Positions 35,461 to 45,776 of a stretch of DNA of 64,000 nucleotides are shown piece after piece. The stretch's first letter is position 1, and every line of letters begins with the position of its first letter. The translations under genes were made by a program, and so were the position numbers. Origin of the DNA: Parcubacteria group bacterium (lineage in GTDB: Bacteria; Patescibacteriota; Minisyncoccia; Moranbacterales; UBA2206); the NCBI GenBank assembly GCA_041674205.1, contig JBAYWF010000002.1, forward strand, positions 46,940 to 110,939, written 5' to 3'. The notes under the pieces are model-generated. The model was not told where the DNA came from. It saw nothing but the letters and a program-made list of their open reading frames with translations, and did no database searches.

Positions 35461-36507
35461 CTAGATTTTTCTCAAATATTCAGCTGCCACTTCCGGCTGG
35501 ATAGTGGAAATCTCGATGCCGGTGGAAAGCTCGAAGCCGGCCCAATTGCTCGTGTGCGGCAAAATTTCGATATGCCAATGGAAATGGGGATAATCCTTGC
35601 CATCGCACGGCGCCGTGTGGATATAAAAATTATAAGCCGGATCTTCCAAAGCTTTATAGATCTTATTGATGGCCGTTTGCAAGGCTTCGGCCGCTCCCAA
35701 TTTATCATCGTCCGATGTCCGTTCAAAATACGGCTTATGTTTTTTCGGCACCACCCAAACCTCAAAAGCCGCCCGCGACGAAAAAGGACAAAAAGCCACA
35801 AAATCATCATTTTCAAATATGACTCTTTTTTTATTTTCAATTTCCCATTCGACCATCGAACAGTACACGCATTTCTTATTCGCCTTATGATAACTTTCCG
35901 CGCCGTCCAATTCAGACTGGACATATGGAGAAATCACCGGAATCGCCATAAGCTGGGAATGCGGATGGGCGAGCGAAGCGCCGGCTTCTTTGCCATGGTT
36001 ATGGAAAATTTCTATATAATTCACGCTTTTCTTATTCATCAGATCGATATAGCGCTCCTGATAAGCATCGATGATTTCAGCCACCTCCAAAACATTCAGC
36101 TGGGCGATTTGTTTATGATGGTCGCGCGTTATGATCAACTCATGATATCCCGTCCCGTCCATGGAGAAATATGGGCCTTCTTCATAGTGTTTCGGCACCC
36201 GTCCCCGCGTAAACGCCGGGTACTTATTCGGGAAAACCCGCAAGCTCCATTCTCCATTGGCCCGCTCATACAACAGGACGTCTTTCTCCTGTCCGGTTTC
36301 TTCCGGGTAGCAAAAAAAACACGGCTTGCCGGAATCTTCCTCGATTGCCGCCCGCCGGTTGGAAGCGAATTCTTCCGGACGCCTGGCGCGACCGGTCGCG
36401 ATCACCACCCAATCGCCCGTCACCAAATCCTGCCGCAATTCGGTAGATTGCATCTTCCCTTTTTTAGAAAGGTCTTTTTTCAACTGACTATCGTTTTTAT
36501 TTTCCAC
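35461..36507 (-). CDS. galT: galactose-1-phosphate uridylyltransferase-like (GalT)
   Basis: ELRQD....WV.IA..R..RP, CFFC, NKYPA, GASLAHPHSQ. Confidence 0.9.
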   Translation of the reverse strand: MENKNDSQLKKDLSKKGKMQSTELRQDLVTGDWVVIATGRARRPEEFASNRRAAIEEDSGKPCFFCYPEETGQEKDVLLYERANGEWSLRVFPNKYPAFTRGRVPKHYEEGPYFSMDGTGYHELIITRDHHKQIAQLNVLEVAEIIDAYQERYIDLMNKKSVNYIEIFHNHGKEAGASLAHPHSQLMAIPVISPYVQSELDGAESYHKANKKCVYCSMVEWEIENKKRVIFENDDFVAFCPFSSRAAFEVWVVPKKHKPYFERTSDDDKLGAAEALQTAINKIYKALEDPAYNFYIHTAPCDGKDYPHFHWHIEILPHTSNWAGFELSTGIEISTIQPEVAAEYLRKI

Positions 36508-36552
36508 TTTTTTATTTTAACACCGGCCGGAAACCGGCCTTTGCACCGGAGA

Positions 36553-37317
36553 TTATTTCTTGTATTTATACTGGCCGGTTATCATCCGCCATTTCACTTG
36601 CAACAATTCTTTGAGAGTCGAAACATATCCGCCCATACCGGAAGCACCTACCAGCGTCTGTCCGGCATCCAGCCAAATCACTGGGATCTCGATAATTTCA
36701 TAACCCATTTTTTTAGCCAGCATCAACATTTCAAAATCTCCACCCCAGCGGTCGACTTGCATTTGCGGAACGATATCGGACACGGCCCGCGCAGACATAA
36801 CCTTGAAGCCGCATTGGGTGTCCTCCAGTCCGCGCAAACCAAGCATGAATTGGATCAACAGATTTCCAGCGTCGCCCATCAGCTCTTTCCATTTGGGCTG
36901 GTGCTTTTTGATATTCGATTCCTTCAAATCGCGCGAACCGATCAACACATCACCACCCTTTTCCATCCGGTCGAGAAAATTTTCCAGATTGGTTATGGAA
37001 GTCGCCCCATCGGCATCCGTCAATAAGCGGTATTCCCCTTTGGCCGCCATAAATCCCTCCCGCACGGAAAAAAACTTGCCCCGATTTTCCTGCCTGTCTA
37101 TCACTTCCAACTTCGCCACCAGATGCGCCAAACCCCTCACGAATTCAGCCGTATTGTCTTTCGAACCGTCATTGACCACCACCACTTCATAGGAAATATC
37201 CTTTCCTCCCAGGTACTCGCCTATTTCACGCAAATTATTTTTCAATTCCTCCCCTTTTCTACCGCCCTCGTTATATGCCGGTATTATGACAGACAGATAT
37301 GGATTAGTGTCTTGCAT
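36553..37317 (-). CDS. GT2 polyprenol-phosphate glycosyltransferase (Alg5/DPM-like)
   Basis: SVIIPAYNE, NDGSKD, NRGK, DAD, DTQCGFK. Confidence 0.92.
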   Translation of the reverse strand: MQDTNPYLSVIIPAYNEGGRKGEELKNNLREIGEYLGGKDISYEVVVVNDGSKDNTAEFVRGLAHLVAKLEVIDRQENRGKFFSVREGFMAAKGEYRLLTDADGATSITNLENFLDRMEKGGDVLIGSRDLKESNIKKHQPKWKELMGDAGNLLIQFMLGLRGLEDTQCGFKVMSARAVSDIVPQMQVDRWGGDFEMLMLAKKMGYEIIEIPVIWLDAGQTLVGASGMGGYVSTLKELLQVKWRMITGQYKYKK

Positions 37318-37386
37318 TTTTTTATTCTTCGCTACTAGTTAATAAAAGTCACATCAATTATAACACACCGCGTTAAAAACCCAAAT

Positions 37387-37806
37387 TTAAATTCCACCTT
37401 TCCGATCCAGCCAGCTCTGCAGGATTACGCGGGCAGCCTCCTGGTTATCCGCCAGCTTGATCTTCCGCATTCCTTTTTCCTTAAGATTGCTTTCGGCCAT
37501 CTTCGTAGAAAACATCTCTTCCTGGTAAGAAACCGCCAATTTGAATTCTTTTTTTAATTTTTCCCCGATGTCCGCCGCTTCAAAAGACTGCCTATTACCG
37601 CCAGCCTGGCCTAATTTGCCGATGATTATACGATCGATATCCTCTATTTCTATTATTTTCCCCAGCGTGTCCAAAAAGTGCCTGTCATTATCGACAGTGC
37701 CATAAGCGAAAGCGATGCGGATTTCCGAATCAGCTATCGCCAAACCGATTTTCGCTTTTCCATAATCCAGTCCTAAAAAATGTTCCAATCCAGCCGTATT
37801 CTCCAT
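37387..37806 (-). CDS. ruvX: YqgF/RuvX family nuclease
   Basis: LGLDYG..KIGLAIAD, AA..ILQSWLD. Confidence 0.88.
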   Translation of the reverse strand: MENTAGLEHFLGLDYGKAKIGLAIADSEIRIAFAYGTVDNDRHFLDTLGKIIEIEDIDRIIIGKLGQAGGNRQSFEAADIGEKLKKEFKLAVSYQEEMFSTKMAESNLKEKGMRKIKLADNQEAARVILQSWLDRKGGI

Positions 37807-37811
37807 AATTA

Positions 37812-38576
37812 TCAAATTCTGGTTAAAATTTCCGCTTCATTCTTAGACACCAAGACCGTATCTTCGAAGTGGGCGCTTAATTTGCCGTCAGCCGTCACAT
37901 AAGTCCACCGGTCTTTTCTTAATTCAATTTTGTGCGTACCCGCATTAATCATCGGCTCCAGCGCCAATGTCATACCTTCTTCCAAAATGATATCCTTCCC
38001 GCCGGACCTGTAATTAGGAATGTGCGGATCCTCATGCAGGAACCTGCCGACTCCATGGCCGACCAAATCGCGCACGACCGAAAACCCTTGGCCTTCGACA
38101 TATTTCTGCACTGCCGCGGAATAATCCCCAAGGCTCGCTCCGGCCTTTATCTTCGCTATACCGGCATCCAGGCACTCGCGCGTCACATCCAGTATCCTTT
38201 GGGCTTCCACGGAAATCTTCCCTACCGCGAAAGTCCGCGCCATATCGGTGACCATTCCCCGATAGCGCATCCCGATATCGATTTTGAATATGTCGCCCGT
38301 TTGCAATATCCGATCCGGCCTAGGAATACCATGGACGATCTCATCATTGATTGAAGCGCAGATGGCAGCGGGAAACGGATTACCCGATTCCTTGCCATAG
38401 CCTTTGAAAACCGGGATCCCGCCCGCCTCCAAAATAAGTTTCTCCGCCAACTGGTCGATTGCAAAAGTGTTTTTTCCCGGCGCAACGCTGTCCCCCAATG
38501 CCCGCATAACGCCTGCCAGGATTTTTCCGCCTGCCCGCATAGCCTCTATTTCTTCTGGTTTTTTGATAATTATCAT
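37812..38576 (-). CDS. map: methionine aminopeptidase type I
   Basis: SINDEIVHGIP, D.G, GHGVG..LHEDP, EPM, SAHFEDT. Confidence 0.97.
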   Translation of the reverse strand: MIIIKKPEEIEAMRAGGKILAGVMRALGDSVAPGKNTFAIDQLAEKLILEAGGIPVFKGYGKESGNPFPAAICASINDEIVHGIPRPDRILQTGDIFKIDIGMRYRGMVTDMARTFAVGKISVEAQRILDVTRECLDAGIAKIKAGASLGDYSAAVQKYVEGQGFSVVRDLVGHGVGRFLHEDPHIPNYRSGGKDIILEEGMTLALEPMINAGTHKIELRKDRWTYVTADGKLSAHFEDTVLVSKNEAEILTRI

Positions 38577-38644
38577 AATATTTATCTTGATCCGATTTGG
38601 AAATTTACGGACATTCCGCGCATATCCGTCCGTAGTTGGAAAAA

Positions 38645-39295
38645 TTATTGGATTCCGACATTTTTAGCGATATCGCTCGCGACTTTTTCGATATCCCGCC
38701 CGCCGTCGATCCTGACTAAGACACCCTCTTCTTTATAAGCATTTATCACCGGCATGGTTTCTTCATTGAAGACTTGCAACCGCTTTTTGATCCCTTCGAC
38801 GGTATCGTCGACCCTATGCATGATTTCACCGCCGCAATCCGAACATCTGTCGGTTTCCTTCCGGATATCTTTCCCCATAATGAAAACTTTCTTGCAACCC
38901 TTGCATATCCTCCGGAAAGAAATCCTGCGGATAGATTCTTCACCTGGGATATCCACAAAAAAAACTTTATCGATCTTTCTGCCGAATTCCTTCAATGTTT
39001 CAGAAAAATATCCGGCTTGCTCGGAATTCCTCGGTACGCCGTCAAAGACGATGCCCTGTTCCCGCGGCATATCCGAAAGCCGCAAATGTACGATTTCCTT
39101 CAAGATACGGCTAGGTACGAGTTCTTTCCTGACATTGATGATTTCATGGATCTCCTTCCCGAGATCGCCATCCATCCTGGCTACCTGGCGCAATAATTTT
39201 CCCGTATCAAAATGATCCAAGCCGTATCTTTCGGCCAATATCCCGGCCTGAGTCCCCTTGCCACTACCCGCTTGTCCCAAGATGATGATATTCAA
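38645..39295 (-). CDS. adk: adenylate kinase (Zn lid)
   Basis: G..GSGKGTQ, DG.PR...Q, CxxC..CxxC lid, R.DD. Confidence 0.95.
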   Translation of the reverse strand: MNIIILGQAGSGKGTQAGILAERYGLDHFDTGKLLRQVARMDGDLGKEIHEIINVRKELVPSRILKEIVHLRLSDMPREQGIVFDGVPRNSEQAGYFSETLKEFGRKIDKVFFVDIPGEESIRRISFRRICKGCKKVFIMGKDIRKETDRCSDCGGEIMHRVDDTVEGIKKRLQVFNEETMPVINAYKEEGVLVRIDGGRDIEKVASDIAKNVGIQ

Positions 39296-39389
39296 AAAAA
39301 TTATAATCTTCTAACGCCTTAAGATTCGGAAATCGAAACCTCAAGATCACTTACAAGATTAAAAATAAAAAATTAAATCCACGGGAGTT

Positions 39390-40661
39390 TTAGAATCCTT
39401 CGTAATCACGCATTACCAGCTGGCTCTCGATTTGCTTGACCGTTTCAATCACGACCGCCACCACGATCAACAATCCCGTTCCACCGATAGATACGGAACT
39501 CATACTGGTAAATCCCTGGACGATAAACGGCAGGATCGCGATCATTCCCAAAAATAAAGCACCGGATAGCGTTATACGATTGATGATCCCATACAAATAT
39601 TCAGCCGTGGTCTTGCCTGGCCTTATGCCGGGGATATAACCGCCCTGTTTCTGCAGGCTCTCGGAAATCTTATGCGGATCAAAAACCACGGCCGTATAAA
39701 AATAAGTGAAGGCGACCACCAGGATGAAATACATCGATCCATAGAAGACTTGGTTTTGGAAGACATTCCCGATACTCCTGGCTGCGCCCGCTATGGTCGG
39801 ATTGGAAGCCGAGGCCAGGAAATTCGCGATCATTCCCGGAAAAAGCATAATTGACATCGCGAAGATGATCGGAATCACTCCCGCCTGGTTGACCCGCAAC
39901 GGCAGATGGGTGGACGATCCTCCGAACATCTTGTTGCCACGGATCCTTTTCGCATAGGAAACCGGGATATTCCTTTGCCCCTCAGTCATAATGACCACGC
40001 CCGCGATAGCGGCGATAACCACCGCTCCTAATATAAGATAAGTGAAAAGTTGGGACGAATCGAAAGTCGCGGATATTTTAGACAGGCTGGATGGCAAGCC
40101 GGCTACGATTCCGGCAAAGATGATGAGTGAAACCCCGTTGCCGATTTTTTTCTCCGTAATCAGTTCTCCCAACCACATCAGGAAAATCGTTCCCGCCACC
40201 GCTACGGTGATGATGGAAAACATATCGAAACTGCTGAGCTGGCCCAGGATATTCTGCGAACGCAAAAGCGATATCATACCGAAAGTCTGCAAGGCCGCCA
40301 AAGGGACGGTCGCCCAGCGCGTCCACTGGTTGAATTTCTGCCGGCCGGCTTCACCCTCTTCCTTGTATATCTGCTCCAATCTCGGAACGATCATAGTCAA
40401 AAGCTGCATAATGATCGAACCGGTGATATACGGTCCGACGCCCAGCATAACGATCGATATGCTGGATAAGCCTCCGCCGGAAAACAGATTCAAGAGACCG
40501 AAAAACTGGTTATCACTGAAAAAATTCTTTAACTGTTCCTGATTCACACCCGGAACCGGAATGGATGCGATCAAGCGGAAAATAATGAAAATTCCCAGGA
40601 TGAATAGGATCTTATTGCGCAATTCCTTGACCTTGAAAATTTGAGATATTTTTTCTAGCAT
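39390..40661 (-). CDS. secY: preprotein translocase SecY
   Basis: LGVGPYIT.SII.QL, WLGELIT, GNG.S, AGVIPIIFA, IPGIRPG. Confidence 0.99.
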   Translation of the reverse strand: MLEKISQIFKVKELRNKILFILGIFIIFRLIASIPVPGVNQEQLKNFFSDNQFFGLLNLFSGGGLSSISIVMLGVGPYITGSIIMQLLTMIVPRLEQIYKEEGEAGRQKFNQWTRWATVPLAALQTFGMISLLRSQNILGQLSSFDMFSIITVAVAGTIFLMWLGELITEKKIGNGVSLIIFAGIVAGLPSSLSKISATFDSSQLFTYLILGAVVIAAIAGVVIMTEGQRNIPVSYAKRIRGNKMFGGSSTHLPLRVNQAGVIPIIFAMSIMLFPGMIANFLASASNPTIAGAARSIGNVFQNQVFYGSMYFILVVAFTYFYTAVVFDPHKISESLQKQGGYIPGIRPGKTTAEYLYGIINRITLSGALFLGMIAILPFIVQGFTSMSSVSIGGTGLLIVVAVVIETVKQIESQLVMRDYEGF

Positions 40662-40751
40662 ATTTTTTACCGCCCGAAAAGGCATTTCTTATTATTTTAA
40701 AAATAAAAGGGGGACTTTCGCCACCCTTTCATTATACATCATCATTCGATA

Positions 40752-41189
40752 TTATTCCACTTTGCCGCCAGCCGCCTCAATCGATTTTTTGGCTTGCGCA
40801 CTAAGCAGGATTCCCTTTGCGATTGTCAATTTAGCCTTGATTTCAGTGTTTCCCAAAATCTTCACCCGCGAAACGGATTGGATCTTGCGGATAAGTCCCG
40901 CCTTGACCAAATCAGCCAAAGCCACCGTATCCCCCGTCTTGAATTTATTTTCCAAATCAACCAAATCGACGGTGACCGGCTTATCAGCGATAGTGGTGAA
41001 TCCCCGCTTTTTCTTCATATGGTCGATCAAGGTCGATCGTCCTCCTTCAAAAAGGGGATTTATCTTACAACCGCTGCGCGCCTTCTGGCCCTTATTGCCC
41101 TTTCCGGAATAAGTCCCCTTTTTACCGCCGCGTCCGATAGTCCGCCGCTTCTTTCTGGCAGTTTTAAGTTTTAACGTATTTATCTGCAT
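40752..41189 (-). CDS. rplO: 50S ribosomal protein L15
   Basis: GRGG..G..SG.G.KGQKAR, FEGG. Confidence 0.97.
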   Translation of the reverse strand: MQINTLKLKTARKKRRTIGRGGKKGTYSGKGNKGQKARSGCKINPLFEGGRSTLIDHMKKKRGFTTIADKPVTVDLVDLENKFKTGDTVALADLVKAGLIRKIQSVSRVKILGNTEIKAKLTIAKGILLSAQAKKSIEAAGGKVE

Positions 41190-41249
41190 ATATTTTAGCA
41201 AGCCGTAACTAGTGACTCGCGACTAGTATCCGGGATTTATGTTTACTGA

Positions 41250-41756
41250 TTACTGGGTTGCCGCGGCCACTCTTTCTTTTCTGGTTCTGGCTTGGCTCAA
41301 AGTCGCTAGCGCCTCGACAGCCGCCCTAGCTACGCTCAATTTATTCGCCGTCCCTAATGATTTGGAAACGATATCCTTGATTCCGGAAAATTCCACCACC
41401 ACGCGTACCGCCCCGCCCGCAATGATTCCCCGTCCTTCGACTGCCGGCTTCAGGATTATCTTCGCGCTGCGCGATTTATAATTGATATCATGCGCGATCG
41501 TGTTCTTCGTCATCTTGACGGTAACCAGATTCTTTTTAGCGTCATCGAAAGCCTTGCGAATAGCATCGGAAACATCAGATCCCTTTCCCACGCCCACTCC
41601 CACTTTGCCCTTCCTGTTGCCGATTACCAAAGTCGCCCGGAACCGGAACCGCCTTCCGCCCTTGACTACGCGGGTTACGCGCGCAAGGTCAAGCAGTTTC
41701 TGATCGAACTCAGGCTTTTCTTTTTTCCCTTTGAAATTTTTATTGTCCCTTGCCAT
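41250..41756 (-). CDS. rpsE: 30S ribosomal protein S5
   Basis: RVTRVVKGGRRFRF, G.IAGG. Confidence 0.98.
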   Translation of the reverse strand: MARDNKNFKGKKEKPEFDQKLLDLARVTRVVKGGRRFRFRATLVIGNRKGKVGVGVGKGSDVSDAIRKAFDDAKKNLVTVKMTKNTIAHDINYKSRSAKIILKPAVEGRGIIAGGAVRVVVEFSGIKDIVSKSLGTANKLSVARAAVEALATLSQARTRKERVAAATQ

Positions 41757-41822
41757 AATGTTATGAATCCCTTATTAATCCTAAATTTATCCGCTAATTA
41801 TCTTTAGTATTTTTAAATTTTA

Positions 41823-42170
41823 TTAGAATTTAAGCCCGGCTGCACGCGCACCTTCCGCCAAAGCTTTTATTTTTCCATGATATTTATAACCTGATCTGTC
41901 AAAAACGACTTTTTCAATCTTTTTATCCAAACATTTTTCCGCTATCAACTTACCCAATCCATTCGCGCCATCGACGCTGTTTTTTCCTTTAGCATCAAGC
42001 AGGCTCGCGGCAACAAGAGTCTTGCCGGCAGAATCATCGATCACCTGTGCACTGACATTCCGCAAGCTCCTAAAGACAGCCAGTCTTGGCATTTCAGAAG
42101 TGCCTGAAAGCTTAGCCCGTATCCTGCGCTTCCGATGTAATCTTATTTGATTTCTGCTTAATTTTTTCAT
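41823..42170 (-). CDS. rplR: 50S ribosomal protein L18
   Basis: PRLAVFRS, VFDRSGYKYHG. Confidence 0.98.
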   Translation of the reverse strand: MKKLSRNQIRLHRKRRIRAKLSGTSEMPRLAVFRSLRNVSAQVIDDSAGKTLVAASLLDAKGKNSVDGANGLGKLIAEKCLDKKIEKVVFDRSGYKYHGKIKALAEGARAAGLKF

Positions 42171-42216
42171 ATATCTTATAAATATGTCTATTTAACCTTG
42201 TTGATCTGTTTAAGTC

Positions 42217-42759
42217 TTATTTGGACGCGGCTTTCTTTCCAGCCTTCCTTCTTACGTGTTCACCGACGTAGCGGAACCCTTTCCCCTTATACGGCTCGAC
42301 CGGTTTCAATCTCCGGATTTCAGCTGCGAATTGGCCGACTGCTTGCTTATCGATGCCGGATATGGCTAAAAAACCCTCTTCGATCTTAGCTTCCAAGCCC
42401 TCCGGTACATCCACGTTTACAGGATGGGAAAAACCCAGAGCCATATTTATTTTCCGACCTGCCACCGCCATACGGTAGCCGACACCCTGCAACTCCAATT
42501 TCTTCACATAAACTTCCTTCACCCCATCGATCATATTGCTGATAAGCGCACGGGTCAATCCCCAGATAGCCGGAGCCTTCTTCGTTTTTCCGATATTCTT
42601 GACCGAAATTTCTTTCTCAGTCATCTCTAAAGCGACCTCACGATTGAGTACCAACTCAAGGGAACCCTTAGGCCCCTTAACCTCGAGTTTATTACCCTGA
42701 TTGAGGGTCACGGCGACTCCTTCCGGGATAGTTATGATTTTTTTACCTATTCTACTCAT
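42217..42759 (-). CDS. rplF: 50S ribosomal protein L6
   Basis: MSRIGK, GVGYR, EPYKGKG. Confidence 0.98.
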   Translation of the reverse strand: MSRIGKKIITIPEGVAVTLNQGNKLEVKGPKGSLELVLNREVALEMTEKEISVKNIGKTKKAPAIWGLTRALISNMIDGVKEVYVKKLELQGVGYRMAVAGRKINMALGFSHPVNVDVPEGLEAKIEEGFLAISGIDKQAVGQFAAEIRRLKPVEPYKGKGFRYVGEHVRRKAGKKAASK

Positions 42760-42806
42760 ATGTTTAAATGCGCCTTATCGGCTTTATGCGTCCTATATTT
42801 TATTAA

Positions 42807-43211
42807 TTACCAGACTTCACAAACAACCTCTCCGCCCAAGCCCTGTTTTCTCGCTTCAAAGCCAGTCATAACGCCCTTCGGAGTGGAAATAATGGAAATA
42901 CCGAAATTATTCTTAACCGACCTGATGTCTTTGCTTTTGACATAAATCCGCTGGCCTTCCTTGCTTACCCGCTTGATTTCCTTGATAGCAGGCAACTTCT
43001 TAGTATTGGAAACCCGATGGTATTTCAATTCGATTTTCATATTTTCAATCATATCAGCCTTTTCCTTCGCAACCGCCGCCACAAAACCTTCCTTCTCAAG
43101 GATCTTCGCGATAGCCAATTTCAACTTGGATGCGCCGACAACGACATCCTGATGCCCCGCTTGTTGGGCATTCCTTATTCTGGTCAACATTTCCGCTATA
43201 GGATCTAACAT
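42807..43211 (-). CDS. rpsH: 30S ribosomal protein S8
   Basis: DPIA.MLTRIRNA, GGEV.CEVW. Confidence 0.98.
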   Translation of the reverse strand: MLDPIAEMLTRIRNAQQAGHQDVVVGASKLKLAIAKILEKEGFVAAVAKEKADMIENMKIELKYHRVSNTKKLPAIKEIKRVSKEGQRIYVKSKDIRSVKNNFGISIISTPKGVMTGFEARKQGLGGEVVCEVW

Positions 43212-43284
43212 AATTTTTCGCTTAGTTATTGGTTCACTGCCAATATTTTTTATTTATTGGCTGATAACGATTAACATTTATAAT

Positions 43285-43470
43285 TTACCAACTCGACTTC
43301 TTTACGCCTGGAATCTGGCCCGTGCTCGCTAGCTCCCTGAAACAAATCCTGCAGATATCAAACGCCCGCATATATCCATGTTTCCTCCCGCATCTCCAAC
43401 ACCGCTTCACCTCCCGAGTTGAAAATTTCGGTGTTTTTCGAGCTCTAGCTTCAACAGATTTTTTCGCCAT
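43285..43470 (-). CDS. rpsN: 30S ribosomal protein S14 type Z
   Basis: [22 protein letters not shown]. Confidence 0.98.
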   Translation of the reverse strand: MAKKSVEARARKTPKFSTREVKRCWRCGRKHGYMRAFDICRICFRELASTGQIPGVKKSSW

Positions 43471-43514
43471 ATCATTTTAAAACTTAATTCTAATTTTCCC
43501 CTATTATATTATTT

Positions 43515-44060
43515 TTAGTCTTTTTTAAATGGGAATCCCATCAATCTGAACAATTCCAGTCCTTCTTTCCGATTCTTGGCAGTCGTAGTGATATTAATCT
43601 GGAACCCGACGATATTTTTTACGTTTTCTGCCATAATTTCAGGGAATATCGTGTGTTCTTTGATGCCTAGATTGAAATTTCCACCAGCATCGACTGTCGA
43701 TTCCTTAATTCCTTGGAAGTCCCGCACGCGAGGTATGGCCGATCTGACCAATTTTTCAATGAAATCCCACTTTCTTTTCCCCCGCAAGGTGACTTTGATT
43801 CCGACTTCTTGCCCTTCGCGCACTTTGAATCCCGCGATTGACTTCTTAGCCTGGGTCATAACCGGCTTTTGCCCCGTAATCGCCACTATGGTCTTCTTCA
43901 CATCATCAACCAATCCTGAGTCTTTGATAAATTTGCCGATTCCGACATTGATCACGACTTTTTCAATCCTTGGCACCTGCAAGACGCTCTTAAAACCGAA
44001 AAGTTTCTTCATTTCAACCGCAACTTCTTTATTATATTTACTTTTGATTGATTCGTACAT
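43515..44060 (-). CDS. rplE: 50S ribosomal protein L5
   Basis: ITGQKP, SIAGFKVREG, VTLRG, PRVRDF; start 44060. Confidence 0.98.
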   Translation of the reverse strand: MYESIKSKYNKEVAVEMKKLFGFKSVLQVPRIEKVVINVGIGKFIKDSGLVDDVKKTIVAITGQKPVMTQAKKSIAGFKVREGQEVGIKVTLRGKRKWDFIEKLVRSAIPRVRDFQGIKESTVDAGGNFNLGIKEHTIFPEIMAENVKNIVGFQINITTTAKNRKEGLELFRLMGFPFKKD

Positions 44061-44067
44061 ATTTTTC

Positions 44068-44373
44068 TTATAATTCCGCTTTACATTGTTTACAAATCCT
44101 AAATTTATTCTTTTCCGTAACGCTATATCCGACTCGGGTAGGTTTTCCGCATTTAGGACAAACCAGCATGACATTGGAAATATCGGCCTTGCCGGGAATT
44201 TCTATCCGCTGTCCGCGTTCGCCTTCCTTCCTGGGTTTGACATGTTTTTTCACTATATTCACGCCTTCCACCACGATCTTGTTTTCAGCGGAAATAACCC
44301 GCAAGACCTTGCCGGTTTTCCCCCGGTCTTTGCCTGCCAATATCTTAACTTGATCATTTTTCTTAATTTTCAT
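44068..44373 (-). CDS. rplX: 50S ribosomal protein L24
   Basis: D.V..LAGKD.GK.G, VEGVN, SNV; C-terminal CxxC pairs. Confidence 0.98.
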   Translation of the reverse strand: MKIKKNDQVKILAGKDRGKTGKVLRVISAENKIVVEGVNIVKKHVKPRKEGERGQRIEIPGKADISNVMLVCPKCGKPTRVGYSVTEKNKFRICKQCKAEL

Positions 44374-44407
44374 AAATATGTCTTATGCCCTATTATTCCT
44401 AAAAAAA

Positions 44408-44773
44408 TTACAATACTTCAGGGGCCAATGAAATTATCTTACTGTATCCTTTTTCCCTGATCTCTCTGGCAATCGGACCGAAAATACGGGTTCCTTTAGG
44501 TTCCTTCCCATCCAAAATCACAGCCGCATTCTCATCAAACCTGATATAGGTACCGTCCTTCCGCCTGATCGCTTTGACTTGGCGGACGATAACAGCCTTC
44601 ACTTTTTCTCCTTTCTTTACCAATCCTCGCGGTTCCGCTGACTTGACTGAAGCGACGACTATGTCGCCGATTTGCGCATATCTCTTCTTCGAACCGCCAA
44701 GAACCTTGAAGCATTTCATAATTTTTGCTCCGGAATTATCAGCTGATTTCAATATTGTCTCTGCTTGTATCAT
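44408..44773 (-). CDS. rplN: 50S ribosomal protein L14
   Basis: ADNSGA, FDENAAV, GTRIFGP, SLAPEVL. Confidence 0.99.
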   Translation of the reverse strand: MIQAETILKSADNSGAKIMKCFKVLGGSKKRYAQIGDIVVASVKSAEPRGLVKKGEKVKAVIVRQVKAIRRKDGTYIRFDENAAVILDGKEPKGTRIFGPIAREIREKGYSKIISLAPEVL

Positions 44774-44827
44774 ATTTTTTCTTAAAACCTGGAACCTATA
44801 ATCCGAAACCGTTTATGCAAATTTATT

Positions 44828-44855
44828 TTGCGGGTTGCGGATTGCGGGTTGCGGG
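44828..44855. repeat. heptamer tandem repeat (TTGCGGR)x4
   Basis: ttgcggg ttgcgga ttgcggg ttgcggg just past the rpsQ stop. Confidence 0.9.
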
Positions 44856-44857
44856 AT

Positions 44858-45106
44858 CTATACTACTTTATAACGCTTATCCTTACTCATCGGCTTGCAT
44901 GGGATTATCTCGACGACATCGCCTGTCTTATATCTGCCATCTTCATCATGCGCCTTATACCGTTTGGTCGATTTATATTTTTTGTGGTATTTCGGATGGG
45001 TTTTAAAGCTATCCACAGCCACAACGACCGTCTTTGCCATCTTATCGCTGACGACTACGCCCTTTTTCTTGATAATTATCTTGCCTTGCTCTAAATTCTT
45101 TTCCAT
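44858..45106 (-). CDS. rpsQ: 30S ribosomal protein S17
   Basis: [22 protein letters not shown]. Confidence 0.98.
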   Translation of the reverse strand: MEKNLEQGKIIIKKKGVVVSDKMAKTVVVAVDSFKTHPKYHKKYKSTKRYKAHDEDGRYKTGDVVEIIPCKPMSKDKRYKVV

Positions 45107-45117
45107 TTTTTTAAAAA

Positions 45118-45303
45118 CTACTTAGTTTCCTTAAGGATAGTTAAAATCTTCGCTATATCCCGCTTATAATTCCTCATTTCCCGGATATTCTTAACTTGTT
45201 TCGCAGCAATATCAAAACGCAGCTTCCTCACAGCCTCCCGTTTTTCACTTAGGAACTTTTTCAATTCCTCCATGCTTTTTTCCCGTATCTCCTTTATTTT
45301 CAT
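45118..45303 (-). CDS. rpmC: 50S ribosomal protein L29
   Basis: [12 protein letters not shown]; operon position. Confidence 0.96.
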   Translation of the reverse strand: MKIKEIREKSMEELKKFLSEKREAVRKLRFDIAAKQVKNIREMRNYKRDIAKILTILKETK

Positions 45304-45329
45304 AATATTGCAAACTTACTTTTTCTTAT

Positions 45330-45746
45330 TTATTCCTGATCTTTAGCGATAAATTTCGACTTGACGCACAGTTTGTATGCCGCCAACTCCATGGCCTTCC
45401 TGGCGATATCATCTTTCACGCCATCCATTTCAAACATAATGCGGCCCGGCCTCACAACCGCCACGAAATGATCAACCGTTCCTTTTCCTTTACCCATAGG
45501 AACCTCAGAGCCTTTCTTGGTAATTGATTTGTCCGGGAAAATCCTGATCCAGATCTTTCCGCCCCGTTGTACGTATCTTGTCATAGCTCTCCGGGCCGAT
45601 TCGATTTGGCGGGCGGAAACAAGCCCCGTCTCCAAAGCTTTCAATCCGAAACTTCCGAAACTGACTGAATTTCCCCGGTTTGAATTGCCGCGGATCCTTC
45701 CGCCTCTCTGGACTTTCCTATGCTTTACTTTTTTTGGCATTAACAT
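45330..45746 (-). CDS. rplP: 50S ribosomal protein L16
   Basis: MLMPK..K.RK, WIRIFPD, MGKGKG. Confidence 0.99.
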   Translation of the reverse strand: MLMPKKVKHRKVQRGGRIRGNSNRGNSVSFGSFGLKALETGLVSARQIESARRAMTRYVQRGGKIWIRIFPDKSITKKGSEVPMGKGKGTVDHFVAVVRPGRIMFEMDGVKDDIARKAMELAAYKLCVKSKFIAKDQE

Positions 45747-45776
45747 ATGCGTGTTCTATTCTATGATCTATGTTTA

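Noticed and set aside
35554-37026. 490-aa plus-strand ORF and other long antisense ORFs (20122-20991, 52645-53580, 27748-28542, 21831-22595)
   Set aside because: They shadow well-supported minus-strand genes and carry no recognisable motifs.
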